Of a DNA stretch of 64,000 bases, positions 47,272 through 56,212 are shown one piece after another. The stretch comes from an uncultured Acetatifactor sp. (lineage in GTDB: Bacteria; Bacillota; Clostridia; Lachnospirales; Lachnospiraceae): the NCBI GenBank assembly GCA_947625475.1, contig CANQOL010000003.1, positions 65,134-129,133 of the forward strand, read 5' to 3'. The notes under the pieces were generated by a model. That model was not told the origin of the DNA, made no database searches, and saw only the letters and a program-made list of their open reading frames with translations. Each line of letters starts with the position of its first letter. The stretch's first letter is position 1. The position numbers and the translations under genes are program-made.

Positions 47272-49131
47272 ATGAACAGGAGCTTTTGTCCGCCCCGCAG
47301 ATTTTTGAGTACGGCCCTTTTGATGCTGGCGCTGTGGGCCTTTGCAGGCTTTGCACAGGTGCAGGCCGCCCAGACGGGTGGGCTGCCGGGCCCGGGGGAG
47401 GCGTCTTCCCAGGAGGATACGGCCTCTTTCCCGGAGGATACGGAGAGTTTCTTTGACTGCAGCGTGACGGACGTGTACGGGGTGAGGATACACGCCTATC
47501 TCTCGCCCCAGGATGGGATTTACTATCTGTTTGTGCCCCACTCGGTGGGAATCTCCACGATGGAGCTGTGCTGCGAGGGGGAGATCCGCGGTGCCTCCAA
47601 GGGAAGCTGGGATCCCGCAGAGGGCGTTCTGAGGGGCGCCTTTCAAAAGAGCGGGGACCAGGTGGCCCTGGAGCTTGACGGGCAGAGCATTCAGGTAAAG
47701 GTGCTGCAGTCCGACCTCCCCAGCCTGGAGCTTCAGCTTAAGGATACCACCCTGGCCCAGGTCCAGAAGGACAAAAATATCAAGTACAAGGGGAATACCC
47801 TGTATCTGACCAGCGCGGAGGGCCCCCTGCTGCTGGAGGAAAAGGAGAGCGTGGAATTTAAGGGCAGGGGCAACAGCTCCTGGACCCAGTACGACAAAAA
47901 GGGCTATCAGATTAAATTTGGGGAGAAAATCTCCCTGCTGGGCATGGAGGCAGCCAAGAAGTGGGTTCTGCTGGCCAACGCCTCCGACGACAGCATGATC
48001 CGCAACAGGATCGCCATGGATCTGGCGGAAGGGCTGGAGATGCCCTACACTTCTCAGTTCCGGTATGTGGACCTGTGGATCGACGGAGACTACCAGGGCA
48101 CCTATCTGGCGGGAGAGAAGGTGGAGATCGGCTCAGGCCGCATCCCTCTGAAGGATGAAAAGGGAGTGGTGATGGAGCAGGACTACGCCTTCTATGAGGA
48201 AGAGGATTACTGGATTTACGATGAGCTCCTGGACACCCATATGAGTCTGAAGGAGTCGGTGGAGGAGGAGGATCCCGAAAAGATCCGGGAGGCTATCGCT
48301 TCCTTCCAGGAGGCTTTGGATGAGTTTCTCACCTATCTGTACCGCACCCCCCAGGATCAGGTGACGCTGGATGAGCTGTCCGCCCGGATCGACGTGGATT
48401 CCTTTGCCAAGTATTATCTGGCGGTGGAATATACTCTGAACCGGGAGGCCAATCACACCAGCTATTACTGGTATCGGGACGGGGAGGGGGATGTGCTGCA
48501 CCTGGGACCTGTGTGGGATTTTGACACCTGTATGGGCAACGAGGACCTGGGAGCCGGCGAGTACTATGCGCATCTTTACAATTATATGATGAACCGGCTG
48601 CTTGCCTGCCCGGCCTTCTCCGGGAGAGTGGAGGAAATCCGCCGGCTCTATGACGGGGCCTTTCGGAATATGCCGGAGGGGGTGAAGGCCTATGAGAAGG
48701 AGATCGCTTCCTCAGCCTACATGAATTACATCCGCTGGAATACCCTGGGCGGAGTCAACCCCAAGGGCTTTGGCGATTTCGCGGCCACCTATGAGGATTC
48801 GGTGGAAAAGCTGGAGGACTGGCTGAAGGAGCGCTACAGGGAGTTTAAGGTGCAAAAGCCCCAGATTGCAGTGGCGGTGAGCGGGGATCAGACCCAGATG
48901 ACCGTCTGCTGCGGCCTGCAGTCGGATAACCTTGTGGCGGCGGTCTGGAGCGGCCGGGAGCCGGAGGATATTCAGTGGTATCCGGCGGAGAGGACGGAGA
49001 ACGGCGCCAGCGTGTTCACCGTGGATTTTGGCCGGTATGAGCCGGACGGAATGTATCATATCTATGTCAACGGCCCTGAGAATGAGGGCCTGGAAGAGAG
49101 GACGACCTATTACCGGTTCCCGCAGGAATAA
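47272..49131 (+). CDS. Secreted CotH-family (atypical kinase-like) protein.
   Basis: A signal peptide is present. ...KKGYQIKFGEK...SMIRNRIAMDLAEGLEMPYTSQFRYVDLWIDGDYQGTYLAGEKVE matches the CotH core. The RBS AGGAGG precedes the start. Confidence 0.55.
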   Translation: MNRSFCPPRRFLSTALLMLALWAFAGFAQVQAAQTGGLPGPGEASSQEDTASFPEDTESFFDCSVTDVYGVRIHAYLSPQDGIYYLFVPHSVGISTMELCCEGEIRGASKGSWDPAEGVLRGAFQKSGDQVALELDGQSIQVKVLQSDLPSLELQLKDTTLAQVQKDKNIKYKGNTLYLTSAEGPLLLEEKESVEFKGRGNSSWTQYDKKGYQIKFGEKISLLGMEAAKKWVLLANASDDSMIRNRIAMDLAEGLEMPYTSQFRYVDLWIDGDYQGTYLAGEKVEIGSGRIPLKDEKGVVMEQDYAFYEEEDYWIYDELLDTHMSLKESVEEEDPEKIREAIASFQEALDEFLTYLYRTPQDQVTLDELSARIDVDSFAKYYLAVEYTLNREANHTSYYWYRDGEGDVLHLGPVWDFDTCMGNEDLGAGEYYAHLYNYMMNRLLACPAFSGRVEEIRRLYDGAFRNMPEGVKAYEKEIASSAYMNYIRWNTLGGVNPKGFGDFAATYEDSVEKLEDWLKERYREFKVQKPQIAVAVSGDQTQMTVCCGLQSDNLVAAVWSGREPEDIQWYPAERTENGASVFTVDFGRYEPDGMYHIYVNGPENEGLEERTTYYRFPQE

Positions 49132-49250
49132 GGGCATTGGGGCCGGACGCAGAATCAGGGAGGATCAGGGAAAATGTGTCGAAGTGTTTCAGACACATTT
49201 TCCCTTTTTTGTCAGTATAATAAAGCATCAAAAATGATATGGAGGATACT

Positions 49251-50255
49251 ATGAAAGGAAAAAAATGGATCCTGGCTCTTTTGATGCTCTCCCTGACGGC
49301 CGGGGTGCTGGGCGGCTGCGGAAAGAGCGGGGGAAAGAGTGAGGGACTCACTCGGGTTACCCTCAACGAGGTGGCCCACAGCATCTTTTATGCTCCCATG
49401 TATGTGGCCATAGAGGAAGGATATTTTGAGCAGGAGGGGATCGAAATCGAGCTTGTCACCGGCTTTGGGGCAGACAAGACCATGACGGCGGTGCTCACCG
49501 GGGAGGCGGACATCGGCTTTATGGGAAGCGAGAGCACGATCTATACCTACGCGGGAGGAACCCAGGACTATGTGGTCAACTTCGCCCAGCTCACCCAGAG
49601 GGCGGGCAATTTCCTGGTGTCCCGGGAGCCGGTGGACAATTTTACCTGGGATATGCTGAAGGGGAAAACCGTGCTGGGAGGCAGAGCGGGCGGGATGCCC
49701 GAGATGGTCTTTGAGTACATTCTGAGAAAGAACAATATCGATCCCGCCGAGGTGGATATCGACCGGAGCATCGATTTCGGCTCCACTGCGGCGGCCTTCT
49801 CCGGCGGGGACGCCCAGTTTACCGTGGAGTTTGAGCCCCACGCCACCGCCCTGGAGACCAAGGGGGACGGCTATGTGGTGGCCTCCCTGGGGGAGGACTC
49901 CGGCTATGTGCCCTACACGGCCTTCAGCGCCAGAAAGAGCTACCTGGATGAGCACGGGGATACGGTGCAGGCCTTCACCGACGCCCTGCAGAAGGGAATG
50001 GACTTTGTGCAGAGCCACACCCCCCAGGAGATTGCCCAGGTGATCGCCCCTCAGTTTGCCGAGACGGATCTGGACACTCTCACCACCATTGTGAAGCGCT
50101 ACTACGATCAGGATACCTGGAAGGAGAATCTGATCTTCGATGAGGATGCCTTCGATCTGCTCCAGAATATCCTGGAGGATTCGGGGGTGCTGGAAAAAAG
50201 GGTGCCCTACCGGGATCTGGTGGACACCGGCTACGCCGAGAAGGCGTTAGAGTAG
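49251..50255 (+). CDS. Orphan ABC-type substrate-binding lipoprotein (NMT1/THI5-like, nitrate/sulfonate/HMP family).
   Basis: The lipobox is LGGCG. The fold pattern is ...LNEVAHSIFYAPMYVAIEEGYFEQEGIEIELV... No cognate permease or ATPase is nearby. Confidence 0.55.
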   Translation: MKGKKWILALLMLSLTAGVLGGCGKSGGKSEGLTRVTLNEVAHSIFYAPMYVAIEEGYFEQEGIEIELVTGFGADKTMTAVLTGEADIGFMGSESTIYTYAGGTQDYVVNFAQLTQRAGNFLVSREPVDNFTWDMLKGKTVLGGRAGGMPEMVFEYILRKNNIDPAEVDIDRSIDFGSTAAAFSGGDAQFTVEFEPHATALETKGDGYVVASLGEDSGYVPYTAFSARKSYLDEHGDTVQAFTDALQKGMDFVQSHTPQEIAQVIAPQFAETDLDTLTTIVKRYYDQDTWKENLIFDEDAFDLLQNILEDSGVLEKRVPYRDLVDTGYAEKALE

Positions 50256-50378
50256 GCCGGCGGCAAATTAAGCCGGCTGTGAAACAGACGGACTGAGAAA
50301 CAAAAGGGCAGCAGAACAGACGGGCGGAAAAACAGGCCGGCGGCAAAATCCGGCGGCGAAACGGGCCGCCGCCGCGGA

Positions 50379-50864
50379 CTAACGGATGTGGATATTTTTC
50401 ACGGCCCAGAGCTGCAGGGCCTTGGCGTTGACGCTGATCTTCTCCAGGGAGTCTAAGATCTCCTGGAAGGCGGGCTTTTCCGACTCGTCGATGCAGCCGT
50501 CCTCGCAGATGGAGATCAGGGAGGCCCGCAGAGAGTCAATATTTTTCAGGGACCCCAGAACCTTCAGGGCCAGACGGTCAAAATCCGTGATGGTGACCTC
50601 CTTCACGTCGCCCTTCCCGATGGGGCATTCCCGGGCGCAGTAGGAGTTGCACAGCTCGGGAGTGTTGTAGGCGGCGGCCATGGCCTTGACCTCCTCCGGG
50701 TAGGGTGGGATGGTGTCCAGCTCAATGCGGGCCAGGCGGGTGCGGTCGATGCCCACGATCTCAGCCGCTTTCTCCCTGCTGGTCAGGTCCGGGTTGGCCG
50801 CGGCGGCCTCGGACCGGGCCAGGTAATACATATTATCGGCTGCCTTGGTGGCTTTTTTGCTCAT
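50379..50864 (-). CDS. XRE-family HTH protein (start uncertain).
   Basis: ...AAEIVGIDRTRLARIELDTIPPYPEEV is an HTH_XRE-like helix-turn-helix. The ORF can extend to a TTG at 51005. Coordinates may be off by 1 nt. Confidence 0.4.
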   Translation of the reverse strand: MSKKATKAADNMYYLARSEAAAANPDLTSREKAAEIVGIDRTRLARIELDTIPPYPEEVKAMAAAYNTPELCNSYCARECPIGKGDVKEVTITDFDRLALKVLGSLKNIDSLRASLISICEDGCIDESEKPAFQEILDSLEKISVNAKALQLWAVKNIHIR

Positions 50865-51215
50865 AGGGCTCTCCATTCCGGAGCGTTCTGCGGACGGGGC
50901 GATGAGAAATCTGCGAATGGTTTTTTCATCTGCCGTCAGGAGAATTTGCGGCGCTCCGGCACAAATCCCCTTTTGAAAATAAAGCACATCAGAGTGATTT
51001 TTCAAACGAATCCTTCTGGAAAACGGGGCCCCAAGCGGTCCCTTTTAGCATAGTGTAAGCGATTTCTGAAAATTTGTAAAGAATATTCGGGAAAAGCTGT
51101 TGAGATGCGGCAAAAAATTTGGTATGATACTGATAAGACATGTTACCGGCGGATGACGGAAAACGGGTGAGGACGCTTTCCGCTGCCGCAGACCAAGCTA
51201 AGGGAGGGAATACAT

Positions 51216-52580
51216 ATGGGACTGATACAGGCTGCAAAGGACACGGTTTCGTCTCTGCTGGCGGACCAGTGGAGAGAGTATTTTTACTGTGACTCTCTGG
51301 ACGACGAGGTGCTGGTGGTCAAGGGACAAAAGCGCGTGAACAACGGCAGGAACAGCAACAAAAAGGGAAGCGACAACCTGATTTCCAACGGCTCCATCGT
51401 GGCTGTCAACGAGGGGCAGTGCATGATTATCGTGGATCAGGGCGAGGTGGTGGAGTTCTGCGCCGAGAGCGGGGAATTCGTCTACGACACCTCCACGGAG
51501 CCCAGCCTCTTTTACGGGAATCTGAGCGAGAATGTGAAGAACACCTTCTCCCTGGTGGGGCGGCGTTTCTCCTTCGGGGGCAACACGGCCAGGGACCAGA
51601 GAGTGTATTATTTCAACACCAAGGAGATCCGCAAGAACCTGTTCGGGACCGTCAACGCGGTGCCCTTCCGGGTGGTGGACGCGCAAATCGGTCTGGATAT
51701 TGATATTTCGGTGCGCTGCAACGGCGAGTACACCTTCCGGATCGCGGATCCTCTGCTGTTTTACAAGAATGTGTGCGGCAATGTGTCGGAGGCATATGAG
51801 AAGTCCCAGATTTCCGGCATCATGAAGGCGGAGTTTTTGACCGCCCTGCAGCCGGCCTTCGCCCAGATCTCCCAGATGGGAATCCGCTACAGCGCGGTGG
51901 CGGGACACACCCAGGAGCTGGCGGACGCCCTCAATCAGGCTCTGAGCCAGAAGTGGGGCGAGATCCGGGGCATCGAGGTGGTCTCCGTGGCCATCAACAG
52001 CATCAAGGCGCCCGAGGAAGACGAGCAGATGATCAAGGATCTGCAGAAGACCGCCGTGCTGCGCAACGCCAATATGGCGGCGGCCACTCTGGCAGAGGCC
52101 CAGGCAGAGGCCATGAAGGCGGCTGCCTCCAACACCTCCGCCGGCCCTATGATGGCCTTCGCCGGCATGAATATGGCCAATATGGCCGGGGGCATGAACG
52201 CGGCCTCCCTCTTCGCCATGGGCAGCCAGGATCAGGCGTCCCAGAACCCGGCGGGGTCCGGCGCTCCTGCGGGGGGCCAGGGGGCGGCAAGGATGCAGGC
52301 GCCGGTTCCCGGCTGGACCTGCGCAAGCTGCGGCAAGACGGACAACCGGGGGAGGTTCTGCGAGGAATGCGGGGCCAAGAAGCCGGAGGCGGCGGGCTGG
52401 ACCTGCTCCTGCGGGGCGGTGAACCAGGGCAAATTCTGCCAGGAGTGCGGGGCAAAGCGCCCGGAGGGAGCGCCTCTGTATAAGTGCGACAAGTGCGGCT
52501 ATGAGCCGGAGGATCCCCAGCATCCCCCTAAATTCTGCCCGGAGTGCGGCGATATATTTGACGAGAAGGATATCCGTTAA
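51216..52580 (+). CDS. SPFH/band-7-like domain protein with three C-terminal zinc-ribbon modules (COG4260-like 'virion core protein' family).
   Basis: The N-terminal ~300 aa carry SPFH-like features. Three zinc-ribbon modules follow: CASCGK...CEECGAK, CSCGAV...CQECGAK and CDKCGY...CPECGD. The central region is Ala/Met/Gly-rich. Confidence 0.55.
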   Translation: MGLIQAAKDTVSSLLADQWREYFYCDSLDDEVLVVKGQKRVNNGRNSNKKGSDNLISNGSIVAVNEGQCMIIVDQGEVVEFCAESGEFVYDTSTEPSLFYGNLSENVKNTFSLVGRRFSFGGNTARDQRVYYFNTKEIRKNLFGTVNAVPFRVVDAQIGLDIDISVRCNGEYTFRIADPLLFYKNVCGNVSEAYEKSQISGIMKAEFLTALQPAFAQISQMGIRYSAVAGHTQELADALNQALSQKWGEIRGIEVVSVAINSIKAPEEDEQMIKDLQKTAVLRNANMAAATLAEAQAEAMKAAASNTSAGPMMAFAGMNMANMAGGMNAASLFAMGSQDQASQNPAGSGAPAGGQGAARMQAPVPGWTCASCGKTDNRGRFCEECGAKKPEAAGWTCSCGAVNQGKFCQECGAKRPEGAPLYKCDKCGYEPEDPQHPPKFCPECGDIFDEKDIR

Positions 52581-52698
52581 GGAAGAGACGTAAAAGTAAC
52601 GAGGATAGAGAGTCTGGCGGAGCAAAGGGATATGCCCCGCCAGACTTGCGTAAAGCCCGGAGGGAGGACCCGGATCCGGGCGGAAAGGAGACGGGCGG

Positions 52699-53469
52699 AT
52701 GGATGTTCGGTTTGCCCTTGGGGGCGGCATCGCCGTATTGCTTCTGCTGCTGGTTTTGACAGGCGCTGTCTGGCTGCTGTACCGCCGGATCCGCCGGGAT
52801 GTGAGAGGGCTTTCCCAGACGCTGTTCCATACCTCATCCCTGAGGCAGGGAGTGCGCCAGATGGAGGAGGAATACGCCTCCACGCCCAAGTCCCTGTCCG
52901 CGGCCACGGAGCTGTATCTGCCCGGGATTCTGCGGGATTTTCCGGAGTTTCACCTGGATGAGATGCGGGAGAGGGCGAAAAACGTGCTGACCTCCTACCT
53001 GCGCAGCGTCAGCCAGGGGGACGCCTCCCTTTTGACGGAGGGGACCCGGGAGCTGCGGGAGAGGCTGCAGATGCGGATTTCCCAGCTGCGGGAGCAGGGC
53101 GCGGGGGAGCGCTACGAGAGGATCCGGGTCCACCGGGCGGAGATCCACCGATACCGGAAGGAAAAGGGCCGGTGCAGCATTGTCTTCCAGATTTCGGTGG
53201 AGTATGTCCACTACCTGCTGTCCGGGGAGACGCTTGTGCGGGGGAACCGGGAGAGGCTGGAGCAGAGCAAGTACAATGTGGAGGTGGACTACATACAGGA
53301 CAGGGAGCTGGCCGAGGCGAAGGGAGAGGGAGGGATGGCCCTGAACTGTCCCAACTGCGGGGCCCCTCTGCCGGGACTGGGGGCCCAGACCTGCGCCTAC
53401 TGCGGCAGCCCCATTGTGCCCTTCAATATCCGGGTGTGGAATTTTGCCTCTGTGGAGGAGGTCCGATAG
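52699..53469 (+). CDS. Single-pass membrane protein with a C-terminal zinc ribbon (CPNCGAP...CAYCGSP); likely partner of the SPFH protein.
   Basis: An N-terminal TM is present (GIAVLLLLLVLTGAVWLLY). A C-terminal zinc-ribbon module (CPNCGAP...CAYCGSP) is present. It lies 119 bp downstream of the SPFH gene on the same strand. Confidence 0.4.
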   Translation: MDVRFALGGGIAVLLLLLVLTGAVWLLYRRIRRDVRGLSQTLFHTSSLRQGVRQMEEEYASTPKSLSAATELYLPGILRDFPEFHLDEMRERAKNVLTSYLRSVSQGDASLLTEGTRELRERLQMRISQLREQGAGERYERIRVHRAEIHRYRKEKGRCSIVFQISVEYVHYLLSGETLVRGNRERLEQSKYNVEVDYIQDRELAEAKGEGGMALNCPNCGAPLPGLGAQTCAYCGSPIVPFNIRVWNFASVEEVR

Positions 53470-53526
53470 TTTAGGAGCCCGGACGGACCGCAGGCGGTCC
53501 GTCCGGCGCTTCGGAATGGGAGCTGC

Positions 53527-55833
53527 ATGAGCATATACGATACCTTGAATAAAGAACAGAGGGAGGCGGTGGCCGCCACGCAGGGGCCTCTTTTGCTGCT
53601 GGCGGGAGCGGGCAGCGGCAAGACCCGGGTTTTGACCCACCGGGTGGCCTATCTGATCCAGGAGATGGGAGTTCCCCCCTGGAATATTCTGGCCATCACC
53701 TTTACCAACAAGGCGGCGGGAGAGATGCGGGAGCGGGTGGACAGTCTGGTGGGCGCCGGCTCCAGCCAGGTGTGGGTGGCCACCTTCCACTCCACCTGCC
53801 TGCGGATCCTGCGCCGGTATATTGACCGGCTGGGGTTTGACAACCACTTTACCATTTACGATACGGACGACCAGAAGAGCCTGGTGCGGGATATCTGCCG
53901 CAGGCTGCAGATCGACACCAAGCAGATGCGGGAGAAGGAGTTTATGGGGGCCATCTCGTCCGCCAAGGATCAGCTGATTTCCCCAACGGAGTACCAGCTG
54001 AAGGCCATGGGGGATTTTCGGCTGGGAAAGATCGCGTCGGTGTATCTGGCCTACCAGGAGGAACTGAAAAAAAACAACGGCCTGGACTTTGACGACCTGC
54101 TGATGAAGACAGTGGAGCTCTTCAAGGCATGCCCGGAGGTGCTGGAGCAGTATCAGGACCGGTTCCGCTATATCATGGTGGACGAGTACCAGGACACCAA
54201 CACCGCCCAGTTTGAGCTGATCCGCCTGCTGGCGGGGGAACGCCGGAACCTGTGCGTGGTGGGGGACGACGACCAGTCCATCTACCGGTTCAGGGGGGCC
54301 AACATCCGCAACATTCTGGATTTTGAGAAGATCTATCCGGACGCCAGGGTGATCCGCCTGGAGCAGAATTACCGCTCTACCGGCCATATCCTGGAGGCGG
54401 CCAACGCCGTGATCCGCAACAATGCGGGGCGGAAGGAGAAAACCCTTTGGACAAGCCGGGAGAAGGGCTCCCGGGTGCGCTTCCGGCAGTTTGAAAACGG
54501 CTATGAGGAGGCGGAGTTTATTGCCGAGGACATAGCCCGCCTGGTGAAGAGAGGACAGACGGCCTATGGGGAGTGCGCGGTGCTCTACCGCACCAACGCC
54601 CAGTCCCGGCTGCTGGAGGAGAGCATGGTGACCATGGGGCTGCCCTACCGGGTGGTGGGAGGCGTCAACTTTTATGCCAGAAAGGAAATCAAGGATATCC
54701 TGGCCTATTTAAAGACCGTGGACAACGGACGGGACGACGTGGCGGTGAAGCGGATCCTGAACGTGCCCCGGCGGGGCATCGGGGACACCTCCCTGGACAG
54801 GCTGCAGAGCTTTGCCCAGGCCAGAAACATAAGCTTCTTTGAGGCCCTGGAGGAAGCGGACCGGGTGCCGGGGCTTGGCAGGGCCGGGACGAAGATCGCG
54901 GCCTTTGTGGAGCAGATCCGCGTGATGCGCACCAAGGCCCGGATTTATGGGATCAAAGAGCTGATCCGGGATGTGATCGAGAGCATCGGGTACGCAGAGT
55001 ATCTGCGGGATCAGGACGGGGACGAGGAGGAGACCCAGGACAGGCTGAACAACCTGGAAGAGCTTATGGGCAAGGCGGCGGTCTACAGCCAGACCCATGA
55101 GGATCCCACTCTCAGCGAATTTTTGGAGGAGGTAGCCCTGGTGGCGGATATCGACAGCCTGGAGGGGGAGAGCGAGAGGGTGCTTCTGATGACTCTTCAC
55201 AGCGCCAAGGGGCTGGAATTCTCCCAGGTTTACCTGGCCGGCATGGAGGACGGGCTCTTTCCCGGCTATCTCTCCCTTCCCTCCGGGGATTCCCAGGATA
55301 TGGAGGAGGAGAGGCGCCTGGCCTATGTGGGGATCACCCGGGCCAAGGATCAGCTGACACTGACCTGCGCCAGGACGCGTATGATGCGGGGGGAAACCCA
55401 GCGGAACGCGGTCAGCCGCTTTGTGCGGGAGATCCCCGGGGAGCTTTTGGACAGCTCCCTTCCCGGCAGCTATTGGGAGCCGGAGAAGGAGATGGAAAGA
55501 GAGGCAGGGGAAAGAGAACCTGTGCCCGCCTATGACTTCCGCCCCCGGGCGTTTCTTCGCTCCCGGGCCACGGCCCAGGAGAACAAACCCTTTATCGCCC
55601 AGGGGATCGGCAGCCTGAACCGGATCGCGGGGATCTCAAAGGGCGTGGGAGAGATCCGGCTGGAGGCCCTGGATTACGGGGAGGGAGACCGGGTGAACCA
55701 TACCAAGTACGGGGAGGGGACCGTGCTGAAGATTGACCGGGAGCCCAGGGACTACAAGGTGACGGTGCTCTTTGACAGGGCGGGGCAGAAGATTATGTAC
55801 GCCTCCTTTGCAAAATTAAAAAGAGTGCCGTAA
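53527..55833 (+). CDS. pcrA: ATP-dependent DNA helicase PcrA/UvrD.
   Basis: Walker A is GAGSGKT. Other SF1 motifs present are DEYQDTN, VGDDDQSIYRFRGA, YRS, VGITRAK and TLHSAKGLEF. Confidence 0.85.
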   Translation: MSIYDTLNKEQREAVAATQGPLLLLAGAGSGKTRVLTHRVAYLIQEMGVPPWNILAITFTNKAAGEMRERVDSLVGAGSSQVWVATFHSTCLRILRRYIDRLGFDNHFTIYDTDDQKSLVRDICRRLQIDTKQMREKEFMGAISSAKDQLISPTEYQLKAMGDFRLGKIASVYLAYQEELKKNNGLDFDDLLMKTVELFKACPEVLEQYQDRFRYIMVDEYQDTNTAQFELIRLLAGERRNLCVVGDDDQSIYRFRGANIRNILDFEKIYPDARVIRLEQNYRSTGHILEAANAVIRNNAGRKEKTLWTSREKGSRVRFRQFENGYEEAEFIAEDIARLVKRGQTAYGECAVLYRTNAQSRLLEESMVTMGLPYRVVGGVNFYARKEIKDILAYLKTVDNGRDDVAVKRILNVPRRGIGDTSLDRLQSFAQARNISFFEALEEADRVPGLGRAGTKIAAFVEQIRVMRTKARIYGIKELIRDVIESIGYAEYLRDQDGDEEETQDRLNNLEELMGKAAVYSQTHEDPTLSEFLEEVALVADIDSLEGESERVLLMTLHSAKGLEFSQVYLAGMEDGLFPGYLSLPSGDSQDMEEERRLAYVGITRAKDQLTLTCARTRMMRGETQRNAVSRFVREIPGELLDSSLPGSYWEPEKEMEREAGEREPVPAYDFRPRAFLRSRATAQENKPFIAQGIGSLNRIAGISKGVGEIRLEALDYGEGDRVNHTKYGEGTVLKIDREPRDYKVTVLFDRAGQKIMYASFAKLKRVP

Positions 55834-55914
55834 ATGTCTGGTAAATCGGAGGATTTTGTGGTATGCTAAAAGCAGCAACGTGAATCTGCCGTATGAAGAA
55901 AGGAAGGCGAAGGT

Positions 55915-56208
55915 ATGAGCGATCTGAAAAAGCTGGCGGAGCTGACCAAGCTGGGAAGCCTCCTCCGGAAAGAGGAGAAGGAGGCAGAGGCGGACAAGAA
56001 GTTTACCGTGGTCTTGTGGGTGCTGGCGGTCATCGGCGTGATCGTGGTAGTGGCGGCTGTGGCCTACGCGATTTACCGTCATTTCACTCCGGATTACCTG
56101 GAGGACTTCGAGGACGAGTTTGAGGACGAGGAATCCGAGGAAGAAGAGGAAGAGGAAAAAGAAGAGGAAGAAGAGGAAGATATCTTCGAGGACGAGGGAG
56201 AGAACTGA
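55915..56208 (+). CDS. Small single-TM protein with a poly-acidic C-terminal tail.
   Basis: The TM segment is VVLWVLAVIGVIVVVAAVAYAIY. The tail reads EDFEDEFEDEESEEEEEEEKEEEEEED. The RBS GGAAGGCGAAGG precedes the start. Confidence 0.35.
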   Translation: MSDLKKLAELTKLGSLLRKEEKEAEADKKFTVVLWVLAVIGVIVVVAAVAYAIYRHFTPDYLEDFEDEFEDEESEEEEEEEKEEEEEEDIFEDEGEN

Positions 56209-56212
56209 TCGG

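Noticed and set aside
56120-56212. Lys/Arg-rich N-terminal extension of the rlmD ORF (MRTRNPRKKRKRKKK...)
   Set aside because: It is the +1 frame of the poly-Glu tail of the upstream small protein. The genuine start with an RBS is at 56213.
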